From contig JAEEML010000069.1 of assembly GCA_016283195.1 (NCBI GenBank), positions 1 to 37,609 of the forward strand: a DNA stretch of 37,609 bases, given 5' to 3'. Below are positions 19,452 to 29,361 of the stretch, piece after piece. This stretch comes from Deltaproteobacteria bacterium. Its GTDB lineage: Bacteria; JAEEML01. Numbering within the stretch: the first letter of the stretch is position 1; the number at the start of each line of letters is the position of its first letter. Position numbers and translations under genes: made by a program. The notes beneath the pieces are model-generated. The model was not told the DNA's origin, did not search any database, and was given only the letters and a program-made list of their open reading frames with translations.

Positions 19452-19996
19452 TATAGCCCTCTCTTTAAGAGCGTTTGTACTTCCACCTCGGCTCCGCTTG
19501 GGGCGGCGCAGGTAACCACAAAGCTGTAATATTTGGTGACGCTGTTGGCGCCGCTCCCGCTACGGCTCAACTGGTTGGTGAGATTCACGCCGACGGTGTT
19601 TAAGGCCGAAAGAGCGTCAGATTGGGCGGTGGAAGCGGCATAAACAATTTGTTGCGGCTCGTCTTTTTGGCCAAAATGGCCCAGCCAGTAATTATAAGTG
19701 GCTGTGGTGCCGGCTTTGTCCACCGGCAGTTCCATGGTACCGTGGTTATCATCGGTGCTCACGGCGACATAGTCGTTGACCATAGAGGAACTGTCGGCAA
19801 ATTTGGAGAGCATAATGGCCATGGCCTGGTCGGCACAAAAGCGGGCACCGGTGCGCTGCACATCATAAGCCGAACTTTCTATTTCGGTGCCGGCCATCAT
19901 GAGAGCGCCCATGCCTAAAGAGGTGAGAACGAGCAAAACACCCATCACCATCACTAAAACATAACCTTCTTCTTTTTTGCGAGCTTTTATCTTCAT
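19451..19996 (-). CDS. pilX: Minor pilin, PilX-like
   Basis: EEG/YVLVMVM prepilin without Glu5 (typical of PilX/GspK) and ARFCADQA. Its stop overlaps the fimU start (TAATG). Confidence 0.78.
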   Translation of the reverse strand: MKIKARKKEEGYVLVMVMGVLLVLTSLGMGALMMAGTEIESSAYDVQRTGARFCADQAMAIMLSKFADSSSMVNDYVAVSTDDNHGTMELPVDKAGTTATYNYWLGHFGQKDEPQQIVYAASTAQSDALSALNTVGVNLTNQLSRSGSGANSVTKYYSFVVTCAAPSGAEVEVQTLLKRGL

Positions 19997-20029
19997 AACC
20001 CACTCCCGGGATCGAGGCCCAGTATTTTA

Positions 20030-20045
20030 AGCAAAAAGCGTGCCA
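20030..20045 (-). promoter_or_regulatory. Sigma-54 (-24/-12) promoter of the pil operon
   Basis: Minus strand TGGCACGCTTTTTGCT matches the consensus TGGCACG-N4-TTGCW, about 35 bp upstream of the pilX ATG. Confidence 0.85.
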
Positions 20046-20089
20046 AAAGCAGAAGGGCCATTTGGCCGGTTTTAGCGCGCCGCCGGCCA

Positions 20090-20135
20090 AAAGTAGTAAC
20101 TTTTTTGCATAGCAAAGTAGGTAATTTTTGCATAG
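20090..20135. repeat. Tandem imperfect direct repeat (23/22 bp), candidate activator binding sites
   Basis: aaagtagtaacttttttgcatag (20090-20112) and aaagtaggtaatttttgcatag (20114-20135). Confidence 0.65.
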
Positions 20136-20170
20136 TAAAAATTTCTTTACCCCGGGCCTATAAATACACC

Positions 20171-20198
20171 TTGACTTTTTTTTGCCTTTTGCTACTAT
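20171..20198 (+). promoter_or_regulatory. Sigma-70 promoter of rpsT
   Basis: TTGACT-N16-TACTAT with a TGn extension. Confidence 0.6.
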
Positions 20199-20296
20199 GC
20201 GCTAGTTCTTTTGCCGGCGGATTGTCTGCCGGTGATTAAAGTGTTTTATGGCTTTGTGGAATAGGGCCTTTAAGTAAGGAATTTGAGGAGAATTTT

Positions 20297-20584
20297 ATGG
20301 CCAATCACGTACAAGCACTGAAGAGATATCGTCAAAATCAAAAGCACCAAGAGCGCAATCGGGCGCGTAAATCACAGCTCAAAACCGCTGTGCGCCGCGT
20401 TCACGATGCCATTGCCGCCGGCAATATGGAAGAAGCTGCCAAAATTTTGCCGGAAGCAGTTAAAGTTATTCGTAAAACAGCATCAGCCGGGGTTATCCAC
20501 AATAACCAGGCTTCACGGCGGGTATCACGTTTGGTAAAAGCCTTCAATAAGGCCTCTACCACTACTACCGAAGCAGCTAACTGA
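20297..20584 (+). CDS. rpsT: 30S ribosomal protein S20
   Basis: MANHVQALKRYRQ...RNRARKSQLKTAVR...GVIHNNQASRRVSRL, with RBS GAGGAG. Confidence 0.96.
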   Translation: MANHVQALKRYRQNQKHQERNRARKSQLKTAVRRVHDAIAAGNMEEAAKILPEAVKVIRKTASAGVIHNNQASRRVSRLVKAFNKASTTTTEAAN

Positions 20585-20677
20585 TTGCCAATAAGTCAGT
20601 AAACTTTTATTATAAAAGCGCGCCGCACTTTTTGCGCCGAGCGGTTTTGTGCCCAGGCGGTGCAGAGGGAGTCTTGC

Positions 20678-22504
20678 ATGGTGCCGCTGCTTCATAAATT
20701 TCGTCAGAGATACAGCCCGCTCCATATAGGCTATTTATGGCTGATTGGCCTTAGCGGTTGGATTTTACTCATCTATGAACTTTGCACCCAGGAGTTTTCT
20801 CCGCTAAGCAGCGAGAAATATGGAGTTCTCAGCGCTGCGGTTCTAGTGGCTATTTTGTGCCGTGTGCTCACTTTCAATGTTTATGATCATGTAAAAATTG
20901 CCATAGATACCGCTTATTATATGTCGGTGGCTTTTATAATCGGCCCTATTGTGGCCGCCGCCATTGCCGCTTTCGCGCTTTTTTTTGATACAATCTTTCG
21001 TTTTGTGTGGCGCCGCTTTTATAGTGACGAAGAGCCCCTGAAACTCAGCTATCTTTCCGGGCAGACTGTCTTTAACGGCGGTGTGCCGGTTATTGCCGCC
21101 GTTTTGGTAAATGCTATTGTCGGCACTGATATAACCGGCCTTGATGATTGGCATATTGCTTTTAAATTTAGCCTGTTTACCACGCTTTTTTTGCTCATCC
21201 ATTATGCTATTGCTTCTATTGCCAGTTTGGTCCAGGGGCGCACTTTAAAGGGCGTTTTTACCCATTTTTATATAGGTGTTGTCGGCTATGAGCTGGCGAT
21301 GATTCCCCTGGGTGCCGGCTTACTTTTGGGCTATGTGCACCAGGGAGTGTGGTTCTTTATTACTCTCACCGTGGCTTATCTCATTTGTAATTATCTCTGC
21401 CGCCGCCTGGCCGATCAAAATATTTTGAGCCGCCAGCGCGCCTCTCAGCTGGCCACTCTTAACGATGTAGGCCAGTATATATCCGCTAAATTGCAAATGG
21501 ATGAGCTCATTGCTATTGTAGCGGAATATAGCCAGAACTTAGTGCGCAGGACGCCTTCAAAATTCATTTTCGGCCTCTTAAATGAGCATGATCACACTTT
21601 GGTTGACTATACCCTCTTTAGTGAGAGTAATGGACAAATCAGCTCGCAATACCAGGTCGAACTTGGCGGCGATTTCCCCGCTGTGGTGATAAATAATAAG
21701 CAGCCTTTGCTGCTTAAAGACTTGCCTAATGAAGCCAAAAATTACAATATTTCCGTTGAAAAAGCCGATTTTCGCTTCCACTCTTGGCTGGGTGTGCCGC
21801 TTTTAGCCCACGAGGAAGTGCTGGGAATTATTATTTTGCAAACCGAGCAACGCGGAGCCTATGATGCCGGCACCATGACCGCCTTTTCCACCATTGCTCG
21901 TCAGACGGCCATTGCCGTGCAAAATGCCAAACTCTATCAACTGGCTACCAAAGACGGCCTCTCCAAGCTCTATGTGCGCCGCTATTTTGATCAGCGTATC
22001 AGCGACGAATGGTACCGCTCGCGCCATAACGATACTCCGCTTTCTCTGCTTATGATGGATTTGGATAATTTTAAATCTTTTAATGATAATTATGGCCACC
22101 AAGCCGGTGATATAGTGATAAAAAAGAGTGCCGAGCTGGTTATAAGGGGACTTAGATCCGATGATGTGGTGGCTCGCTACGGCGGGGAGGAGTTTGCCTT
22201 TATTTTGCCGCATACGCCGCTAAAAGCGGCTATGGGTGTGGCCGATCGCATTGTAAAGCGCATTGCTGCCGAGCGCATTGAGTATGATGGCAATGTTTTT
22301 TCCATAACAGCCTCCATCGGGGTGGCTTCCACGCCGGAAAACGCCCCAAAAGACTGTGCGGAATTGATCTCTATGGCCGATCAGGCGTTATATGCGGCCA
22401 AGGAGGCCGGTAAAAACTGTAGCAGAGTTTTTGTAAAAGGTGTAGAATCTCCGCCTGAGCAGTCGGCTGAGGTTTCTCATGCATCAGTCGCTGGGGAGAA
22501 TTAA
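20678..22504 (+). CDS. Membrane-bound GAF-GGDEF diguanylate cyclase
   Basis: Multi-TM N-terminus, GAF domain (SWLGVPL...AIAVQNAKLY), intact DLDNFKSFND and RSDD..ARYGGEEF (I-site and A-site). The start is 20678 or GTG 20660. Confidence 0.92.
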   Translation: MVPLLHKFRQRYSPLHIGYLWLIGLSGWILLIYELCTQEFSPLSSEKYGVLSAAVLVAILCRVLTFNVYDHVKIAIDTAYYMSVAFIIGPIVAAAIAAFALFFDTIFRFVWRRFYSDEEPLKLSYLSGQTVFNGGVPVIAAVLVNAIVGTDITGLDDWHIAFKFSLFTTLFLLIHYAIASIASLVQGRTLKGVFTHFYIGVVGYELAMIPLGAGLLLGYVHQGVWFFITLTVAYLICNYLCRRLADQNILSRQRASQLATLNDVGQYISAKLQMDELIAIVAEYSQNLVRRTPSKFIFGLLNEHDHTLVDYTLFSESNGQISSQYQVELGGDFPAVVINNKQPLLLKDLPNEAKNYNISVEKADFRFHSWLGVPLLAHEEVLGIIILQTEQRGAYDAGTMTAFSTIARQTAIAVQNAKLYQLATKDGLSKLYVRRYFDQRISDEWYRSRHNDTPLSLLMMDLDNFKSFNDNYGHQAGDIVIKKSAELVIRGLRSDDVVARYGGEEFAFILPHTPLKAAMGVADRIVKRIAAERIEYDGNVFSITASIGVASTPENAPKDCAELISMADQALYAAKEAGKNCSRVFVKGVESPPEQSAEVSHASVAGEN

Positions 22505-22505
22505 T

Positions 22506-23054
22506 ATGAAAAAAAGCTGCCTTTGTTGCCTGGCGTTAATTATCGGGCTTTTGGTTGCCTCCTGTAATAATAAAGAGCCTAAAAGTTATTGTACTTACAA
22601 CGGTTTTGAGCCGGAGACAAAGCTGGCTTTTTGGGACCATCCTTGGTACGACTTTATTCTTATGTCCGGAATTCCCAGTAATAGTAATAATGAAGCGGTA
22701 ACTTATCTCGATATGCAGTTTTATAAAGATTACGGTTCGCGGCCGAAACTGGGCAAAACTGGCAAATTTACTATTGATGTCGATCCCAATAATTGCGGCA
22801 CTTGTTTGGTTATTTCCACCAATTGTGTTGCCGGTATTTGCAAAGAACTTTATTTTGCCGGTGAGGGCGATTTTGAAATTGACAAGTGGGGCAATAAGGG
22901 TGAAACATTCAGCGGCTCGCTGAAAAATGCCGTCTTTTTCCAAATTGAGCCGGACGAAAACGGCTATTATCGCTATATGGATGAAGGCAAAATATGGTGT
23001 GTTGACGATTACGTTTTTGAGACCACCGTGCAATCGGTATATGATATAAATTAA
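22506..23054 (+). CDS. Hypothetical lipoprotein
   Basis: ATG 22506 directly follows the GGDEF stop (RBS GGAG). Lipobox LVASC and a CGTCL..NC motif. Confidence 0.7.
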   Translation: MKKSCLCCLALIIGLLVASCNNKEPKSYCTYNGFEPETKLAFWDHPWYDFILMSGIPSNSNNEAVTYLDMQFYKDYGSRPKLGKTGKFTIDVDPNNCGTCLVISTNCVAGICKELYFAGEGDFEIDKWGNKGETFSGSLKNAVFFQIEPDENGYYRYMDEGKIWCVDDYVFETTVQSVYDIN

Positions 23055-23092
23055 AGTATTCTTGCTTTATCTTCCTGTTTTTCCTTCGTTTT

Positions 23093-24265
23093 TTATGAAG
23101 TGGCCAGCTTCTTGGCCAAATTAACGAGTGCTGCGGGGAGCCCCTTGCTTTTGGAGACCATCTTTACGTCGTTTTTTCTAAGCTGGGTGAGTAATTTCAT
23201 AGCTAGAGGCAGAGGAGTGCGCGGATTATTGACGAGGGCTACTTTTACCGAATAGCCGCGCATCATGGAAGCCGATTTGCAAATAATGCGGATGACATCT
23301 TCATTTACCGAACGGCTGGCGGCGGCAGCGGCAATTTCCTGTTCGGTAATGCCCGGTGATTTGATAACCGAAGTAGCCACCATCTTATTGGCATCTTTGA
23401 TTAAAATGGCCCGTGCCTCTTTATTGCCTTTAGTGGCGAGAGCCACTTTCTGGGCGGTATTTAAAGTGCCGATGAGCTTCATCATAGGCATGCGCTTTTG
23501 TTCTTCTTCAGCCGGTGCCTCCTCTTTTTTGGCAAAAGTGACCGCTTCTGCCGGTTGAGCGGCCGGTGCCGGAGCTGCTTGCGCTTGAGGTGCCTGTGGT
23601 GCAACCTGGGTCGCCGCCGCCGTCTGAACCTCCGGTTTTTCCAAAAGGGCCATGGCTTCCGGCGGCAGCTCAACTTTATTGGCCATTTCCACGCGCTCAC
23701 TGGGGGAGAGGCGCTCTAAAGCCTCGGCATATTCCGGTGAATCCTCCAAAGCGGCACCGCTGCGCACCAAAAAATCAAAGAGGCGGTCAATGGAGGATTT
23801 TAACGCTTTGGGATTTTTGGCCAGAGCTTTGGCAATAGCTGGATTTTTTAAAATGCGCGCCTGATTTAAGGCAATGATTTCACAGCTATTTTCATCACCT
23901 ACACTGGCAATGGTCACAAGAATGTCATCGCCGGATTTGGGATTTAAGAGCAGGGCTTCGGCTATTTCTTTGCTCACCTTGGCGAGTGGGGCAATGGCAC
24001 TCAAAACAACGGCCGGTGTTTTTTCGTGTTTTATGGCGCTAACCATAATATTGGCCGGCATTTTGGCCAAAGTCTCTCTGGCCGCCTGAGCTACTATGGC
24101 TTCGCTATCGCTTTGTAAAAGCAGCATGGTCAGTACCAGGTTTTCCGGCGAAGTGGGCAAAAGACCTTTGGCGGCCATCAAGCGCGGCTGCACCGGCGTT
24201 GACGGAGAAAAGAGACGCTGTATTTGTTCAGGCAGTAATTTGATAAGATCTTCTCTTGTTTCCAT
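23093..24265 (-). CDS. Conserved hypothetical helical-repeat (HEAT/LRV-like) protein
   Basis: RLMAAKGLLP, QKVALATKGNKEARAILIKDANKMV and VKVALVNNPRTP resemble a deltaproteobacterial hypothetical family. Contains an Ala/Pro/Gln linker. Confidence 0.7.
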   Translation of the reverse strand: METREDLIKLLPEQIQRLFSPSTPVQPRLMAAKGLLPTSPENLVLTMLLLQSDSEAIVAQAARETLAKMPANIMVSAIKHEKTPAVVLSAIAPLAKVSKEIAEALLLNPKSGDDILVTIASVGDENSCEIIALNQARILKNPAIAKALAKNPKALKSSIDRLFDFLVRSGAALEDSPEYAEALERLSPSERVEMANKVELPPEAMALLEKPEVQTAAATQVAPQAPQAQAAPAPAAQPAEAVTFAKKEEAPAEEEQKRMPMMKLIGTLNTAQKVALATKGNKEARAILIKDANKMVATSVIKSPGITEQEIAAAAASRSVNEDVIRIICKSASMMRGYSVKVALVNNPRTPLPLAMKLLTQLRKNDVKMVSKSKGLPAALVNLAKKLATS

Positions 24266-24279
24266 ATTAAACTCCCGTT

Positions 24280-24864
24280 TTAGTGCGCAAAATGCAGACC
24301 TAAATATATTTGAGCCGTGTGGCCCAGAAGATATTTGGCAAAATAAGGATGCCTATATTCCGCCAGAATAAATAACTGCAGCTTTTTTGTTACCCAAAAA
24401 GTAAAATCAATTTGCGGAGTTATGAGCAGTGAAGCCGTGTGAGTTCTTTTTTCGGTAAAATACCCCTCACTGGTTACCTCCTGTACTTCTTCCAGCCTTA
24501 TAGCCTGGCCGCCGATAAAGAGGCCGCCGGCCAGTTCAAAAAATTTAAAACGCTGTGCAAAATGCACCAAAAGCCCGCCGCCACCTTGCTGAAAACGGTG
24601 CTCGTTTGTGCCGACTGTGCGTTTAATCACCGAACCCATCCCACCGAGGCGGAGGTGTTTATTCACATAAAAATAAAGGCGCCCGCCCAGCCCCAGGCCT
24701 AAAAAAGAATTTAGAGGGCTACTTGTCATGCTAACAGGCTCCAGGGCAAAAAACATTCCGCCGGCAAAAAGAGGCTTTTCCGTAGCGTCGGCATTTTGGG
24801 GAGTGCAAAGCAAGAGTGCCAAGAGAAAAATCACTATAATAAATACTGTTTTTTTTACTTTCAT
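24280..24864 (-). CDS. Putative small outer-membrane beta-barrel protein
   Basis: Signal peptide (NADA), Gly/aromatic amphipathic strands and a terminal IYLGLHF. Confidence 0.6.
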   Translation of the reverse strand: MKVKKTVFIIVIFLLALLLCTPQNADATEKPLFAGGMFFALEPVSMTSSPLNSFLGLGLGGRLYFYVNKHLRLGGMGSVIKRTVGTNEHRFQQGGGGLLVHFAQRFKFFELAGGLFIGGQAIRLEEVQEVTSEGYFTEKRTHTASLLITPQIDFTFWVTKKLQLFILAEYRHPYFAKYLLGHTAQIYLGLHFAH

Positions 24865-24977
24865 CGGGTAACCTGCTTAAATAAGCGTCGGTAGCACGTT
24901 CCGGCTACGAATTATAGAATGGTGATCTTAAATTGGCTAGCTATGAAATGGCTTGAAAAACAAAAATTGAGGTTAAA

Positions 24978-26489
24978 ATGCTAAAAAATAGCTGGCATAT
25001 ATTATTGATTTTTTCGTTCCTGGCGTGTTTTAGCGGCTGCAAAAAGGATAAAGAGCTCTTTGACCTAGTGGATAATTTTGTGAAATTACAGGAAAATAAG
25101 TCCAAAGATCCGCCGCCGCACAAGGTAACTCCCAAAGAACACGCTAAAACCAGCAAAGAGCGCATAAAAAGCGCCGACAAGGCTACAGGCCTGATTATGA
25201 TCACCGCCGATACTTTAAGGGCTGATTATCTTTCTTGCTATGGCAATGAGGAGATACTTACACCCTATCTCGACCGTCTGGCCGGAAGCGGGGTGCTTTT
25301 TCGCCAAGCTATAACTGCGGCTACCACTACCACGCCGTCGCATGCCTCCATGTTTACCAGCCTCTATTTGCAAGATCATAATGCTTATTCTAATTATGAA
25401 GCCATAGCCGATGATGTTATTACACTTTTTGAACAAGTGCACGGCCGGGGATTTCGCACTTTTGCCATTGTGAATATGCCTCATTTGAACCCGGAAGTTT
25501 CCAATATTGTGCAGGGAGTGGAAACTTTTTATTCCGGAAATCGCCCGCGCCGCGCTCATGATACCATGAAAATTTTTCTAAATTGGCTGGATGGTCTTAG
25601 TGCCGATGAACCTTTTTTGGCCTGGCTCCACCTGGTTGATGTCCATACGCCGTATCGCCCCCCGGCTCCGTATAACCGTTTTTACTATGCCGGCGATGAA
25701 AACGATCCGCAAAATCACTCTTTGCAAAATATCTGGCCGCTTTTGCCTACTCACATGTCGGACCATCCTTTCTTTAAAAGATGGCTGGAGGGCATAACCG
25801 ATCTTTCCTATGTTTTGGCTCAATATAAGGGAGCAGTGAGCTATCTCGATGATGAGATGGGTGAGCTTTTTAAAGAGCTGGAAGCTAGGGGACGCCTTGA
25901 TGATACAGCTATTATTTTTGCCTCCGACCACGGTGAGTCTCTAGGCGAGCATGATATGTATTTTATTCACTTTGGCCTTTATGAGCCCACTTTGAGAGTG
26001 CCGCTTATTATGTACTTGCCGGGAGCGGAGAGAAGCGGGGTGGTAGTGGACCAAGTTGTGGAAACTATTGATATCATGCCGACAATTTTGGAATATTTCG
26101 CTATTCCTAATCCTCCTAATATTCGTGGTAAAAGTCTGCTGCCGGTTATTCGCGGTGAGCTCACTGACGGAGCTGGAGTGGCTTATAGCGAACATGCCGG
26201 TGCTTCTCTCGCTATGGTGCGCGACAGCCGCTATAAATATATACGCCATTTAAAAATGAGTTCGGTTGTGCCAGCTTATAATTTAACTCGCGGCCGCGAA
26301 GAACTCTATGATTTGGAAAAAGACCCTTTGGAACGCCATGATATTATTACCGAATATCCTGAAATTGCCGAAAAGTACCGCCGTATTATGCGGGAAAAAA
26401 GGCGTCATAAACTAAATATTCACGCCGGTGAGCCGACCATCAATAAAGAGACCGAAGCCATGCTGAAAAGCCTGGGGTATATTCGCTGA
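24978..26489 (+). CDS. Sulfatase-like hydrolase/transferase lipoprotein (alkaline phosphatase superfamily)
   Basis: Lipobox FSGC, ITADTLRADYL, TTPSHASMFT, DVHTPY, SDHGESLGEH, VPLI and ELYDLEKDP.E. Confidence 0.88.
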   Translation: MLKNSWHILLIFSFLACFSGCKKDKELFDLVDNFVKLQENKSKDPPPHKVTPKEHAKTSKERIKSADKATGLIMITADTLRADYLSCYGNEEILTPYLDRLAGSGVLFRQAITAATTTTPSHASMFTSLYLQDHNAYSNYEAIADDVITLFEQVHGRGFRTFAIVNMPHLNPEVSNIVQGVETFYSGNRPRRAHDTMKIFLNWLDGLSADEPFLAWLHLVDVHTPYRPPAPYNRFYYAGDENDPQNHSLQNIWPLLPTHMSDHPFFKRWLEGITDLSYVLAQYKGAVSYLDDEMGELFKELEARGRLDDTAIIFASDHGESLGEHDMYFIHFGLYEPTLRVPLIMYLPGAERSGVVVDQVVETIDIMPTILEYFAIPNPPNIRGKSLLPVIRGELTDGAGVAYSEHAGASLAMVRDSRYKYIRHLKMSSVVPAYNLTRGREELYDLEKDPLERHDIITEYPEIAEKYRRIMREKRRHKLNIHAGEPTINKETEAMLKSLGYIR

Positions 26490-26629
26490 GGGAGCAAGGA
26501 AAGTTGTTAGCTTAGCTTAGCTTTTCCTTCTTGAGTCAACTAAAAAGTCTCTCTTATTGCTATGGCACCTCAATTTTATTAAAATATGCCTATGTTGCGC
26601 CGCGCCGCGTGCGCCGTTTGGAGAACTAT

Positions 26630-28222
26630 ATGGGCAGATGGCTTAATCCAGGAAATTTGAAATTCAGACAAGTTGTTGAAAATGCAGCATTTTATATTGA
26701 TAAAACTTCTATGCTGGCAGTGCTTAACAATTGGCTTTTTTCGCCAGAACGTTATGTTTGCGTTTCCAGAGCGCGGCGCTTTGGTAAATCCATTGCCGCC
26801 AACATGGTGGCCGCTTATTATGACAAAACCTGTGACTCGCGGGCCTTATTTGCCCCCTTTGAAATTGCCAAAGATCCCTCTTTTGAGAAGGGACTTAATA
26901 AGTTTAATGTGCTCTATTTTGATGCCCAGTCCTTTTTTTTGGGTGATGAGCGCGATAAAAATTATGTAGCCACTATTACCGAAAGTATTCAGGAAGAACT
27001 TTTGGAAAACTGGCCTTACTGCCTTAATACCAAGAATAAGACCTTATATGAATCTCTTGATGCCATTTATAAAAAAGACGGCGAGCAATTTGTCATTATT
27101 GTCGATGAGTGGGACGCACTCTTTCGCCATAAAGCTCCGGCCGGCTATCAGGAGAGTTACGTCTCTTTTTTGCGCCAGCTTTTTAAAAGCGGCAACACCG
27201 ATTCTTTTTGTGCCTTGGCCTACTTAACAGGTATTTTTCCCATCATTAAATACAATACCGAATCAGCCATGAATCTTTTTAAAGAATATACCATGGTTGA
27301 TGCCAAAACGTTGTCACGCTTTGTGGGATTTACCGAGAGCGAAGTAAAAGGGCTATGTGCCAGGTATAATGTCTCTTTTGCCGAGTGTCAGCGCTGGTAT
27401 GACGGTTATAAGCTTAGAAATTTTGGCCATATTTATAATCCAAATTCTATTTACAATTGCGTAACCAGCGGCGAGTTTGGCAGTTACTGGACAAAAACCG
27501 GTACTTATGAGCAGATTTCCGACCATATTTCCATGAATTTTGATGGACTTAAAGATAATGTCAAAGACCTTTTGGAAGGCCGGCATGTTCCGGTTGATAC
27601 ATCCAGCTTTCGCAATAGACTGGATGAAATAAATAACCGTGATGATGCGCTGACGCTTTTAATTCATTTGGGTTATTTGGCTTATGATGTAGAAAACGAA
27701 GAGTGTTATATTCCTAACCATGAGATATATTTGGAATTTATTCAGGCTACCCGCGCTTGTGGTTGGACGGGCTTTTATGATTCTTATCAGCGCTCCAAAA
27801 AGCTGATGAAAGCGCTCCTTGCCAAAGATGCACCAACTGTAGCTGATGAAGTGCAAAAGGTGCATGATGACCTCTCCTTGGTGCTCACTTATAACCGCGA
27901 GTCCGATTTGGCTCTTGTTGTTATGTATGCCTGCTCAGCCGGACGCAAAGATTATATCTTTGTGCGCGAGCTGCCTTCTGGCAGCGGTTTTGCCGATATT
28001 GTGCTGATTCCAGTTAAAGCTGGAAATCCGGCTATTATTTTTGAGCTCAAATGGGATAAATCGGCGGAGGGTGCTATTGCGCAAATTAAGTCACATCGTT
28101 ACCCCAATGTTTTTGCGGATTATAAAGGTAAAGTGCTGCTTTGCGGAGTAAATTACAATACCAGTGCCAAGGCCGATGAGCCTAAAAAGCATGAGTGTGT
28201 GATTGAAGAGTGGGAAGTATAA
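26630..28222 (+). CDS. AAA-ATPase-like domain plus C-terminal PD-(D/E)XK nuclease (DUF1703-type)
   Basis: YIDKT, SRARRFGKS (Walker A variant), IIVDEWD (Walker B), WYDGY, IYNP, and GFADIV...IIFELKWDK. The start was moved to ATG 26630 behind GGAG. Confidence 0.9.
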   Translation: MGRWLNPGNLKFRQVVENAAFYIDKTSMLAVLNNWLFSPERYVCVSRARRFGKSIAANMVAAYYDKTCDSRALFAPFEIAKDPSFEKGLNKFNVLYFDAQSFFLGDERDKNYVATITESIQEELLENWPYCLNTKNKTLYESLDAIYKKDGEQFVIIVDEWDALFRHKAPAGYQESYVSFLRQLFKSGNTDSFCALAYLTGIFPIIKYNTESAMNLFKEYTMVDAKTLSRFVGFTESEVKGLCARYNVSFAECQRWYDGYKLRNFGHIYNPNSIYNCVTSGEFGSYWTKTGTYEQISDHISMNFDGLKDNVKDLLEGRHVPVDTSSFRNRLDEINNRDDALTLLIHLGYLAYDVENEECYIPNHEIYLEFIQATRACGWTGFYDSYQRSKKLMKALLAKDAPTVADEVQKVHDDLSLVLTYNRESDLALVVMYACSAGRKDYIFVRELPSGSGFADIVLIPVKAGNPAIIFELKWDKSAEGAIAQIKSHRYPNVFADYKGKVLLCGVNYNTSAKADEPKKHECVIEEWEV

Positions 28223-28252
28223 GCCTTGTTTTGCCAGCAAAGCCGGCAGGTG

Positions 28253-29359
28253 TTATAGCCGCAGAAATCTTTTTAAAAAGAGGTAAAAAAGCATGGCGCC
28301 GAAAAAGGTAACTAAAAGTGCGCCCCAGGAAGCGGCAATGGGCGAGATAGAACCGGAAGACATCATCGATCTTGATAAATAAGTGATGCCGTAAGCCCAG
28401 GCAGCAACAATGGTGCCGCTGCCAAGCGCTCCGGAAATAGAGCGGTTTTTATCCGGCACCAGAGCCAGTGGAATGGAAATGAGTACCAGTACCAAAAGGC
28501 TTAAAGGGTACACAAAACGCTGATGATATTCGTAAAGATGATAGCGAGTGAGGCGGCCGGTGCGCTCTCTTCTGGCTATGCTCTCTTCTAATTCGCCAAG
28601 AGTCAGTTGCGACGGCCGACCGGAGCTATCCAGAAGATCGGGCAGATGTACAGATAAATCTATAGCTTCTTCCGCAAAATTATAAGCGGTTATGCTGCCG
28701 TCTGTAGCCAGCAAAAAATGGCGGCCGTCTTTTAAAAGCCATGTTTTTTGCCCGGCGGATTTTGGCAGATATTGCAAAGCGGCTGCGCTAAACCACTCTC
28801 TGATTTCGCCGGCGCTATCCTGTTTGAATACCAGGACATCTATGAGCTTTTTTTCCTCTATATTGACACCTGGCAGGTGGAGAATGTAGGGGCCGTTTTT
28901 AAACCACTGTTCCAAACTGGGACCGGCTTGTTGGCGCACGGCACTGTCAAGGCCGCGCATAGCTACCAGACGGTTGGTGGCCCAGGGGATGGATACCTGG
29001 CCGGCCCAGAGGGTAAAAAGAGCCATGAAAAGGGCAGTGCCGATAATGGGGCGGCCGATCTGCCAAGTGCTGTAGCCGCCTACATAAAGTGCTGTTAGCT
29101 CGCCCCTTTTGGCTATTAGGGCTCCAAAGACGAGAGCGCCCAGGAAGGCGGCAATTGGTAAAAGCTGATATCCATAAGTAAAAGCGCGCAGAAAGATAAC
29201 TTCCATTAGGTAGGCGAAGGAGTCATCGGTTTGGCTTAACATCTGCGCATCTTCAACCATCATGGCAATGGAAATAACAATGATGAGGGCTAAGAGCAAT
29301 ACAGCCGTGGCGGCCAAATAGCCACTTACAATGTAGCGCCTGAATACGCCGAAAAGCAT
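28253..29359 (-). CDS. lptG: LPS export permease LptG (LptF/LptG family)
   Basis: LLPIAAFLG...KRGELTALYVGGYS; 3 TM + periplasmic domain + 3 TM; immediately follows lptF. Confidence 0.85.
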   Translation of the reverse strand: MLFGVFRRYIVSGYLAATAVLLLALIIVISIAMMVEDAQMLSQTDDSFAYLMEVIFLRAFTYGYQLLPIAAFLGALVFGALIAKRGELTALYVGGYSTWQIGRPIIGTALFMALFTLWAGQVSIPWATNRLVAMRGLDSAVRQQAGPSLEQWFKNGPYILHLPGVNIEEKKLIDVLVFKQDSAGEIREWFSAAALQYLPKSAGQKTWLLKDGRHFLLATDGSITAYNFAEEAIDLSVHLPDLLDSSGRPSQLTLGELEESIARRERTGRLTRYHLYEYHQRFVYPLSLLVLVLISIPLALVPDKNRSISGALGSGTIVAAWAYGITYLSRSMMSSGSISPIAASWGALLVTFFGAMLFYLFLKRFLRL

Positions 29360-29361
29360 TT

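Noticed and set aside
20090-20135. Tandem repeat as a CRISPR remnant
   Set aside because: There are only two adjacent copies, no spacers and no cas genes.
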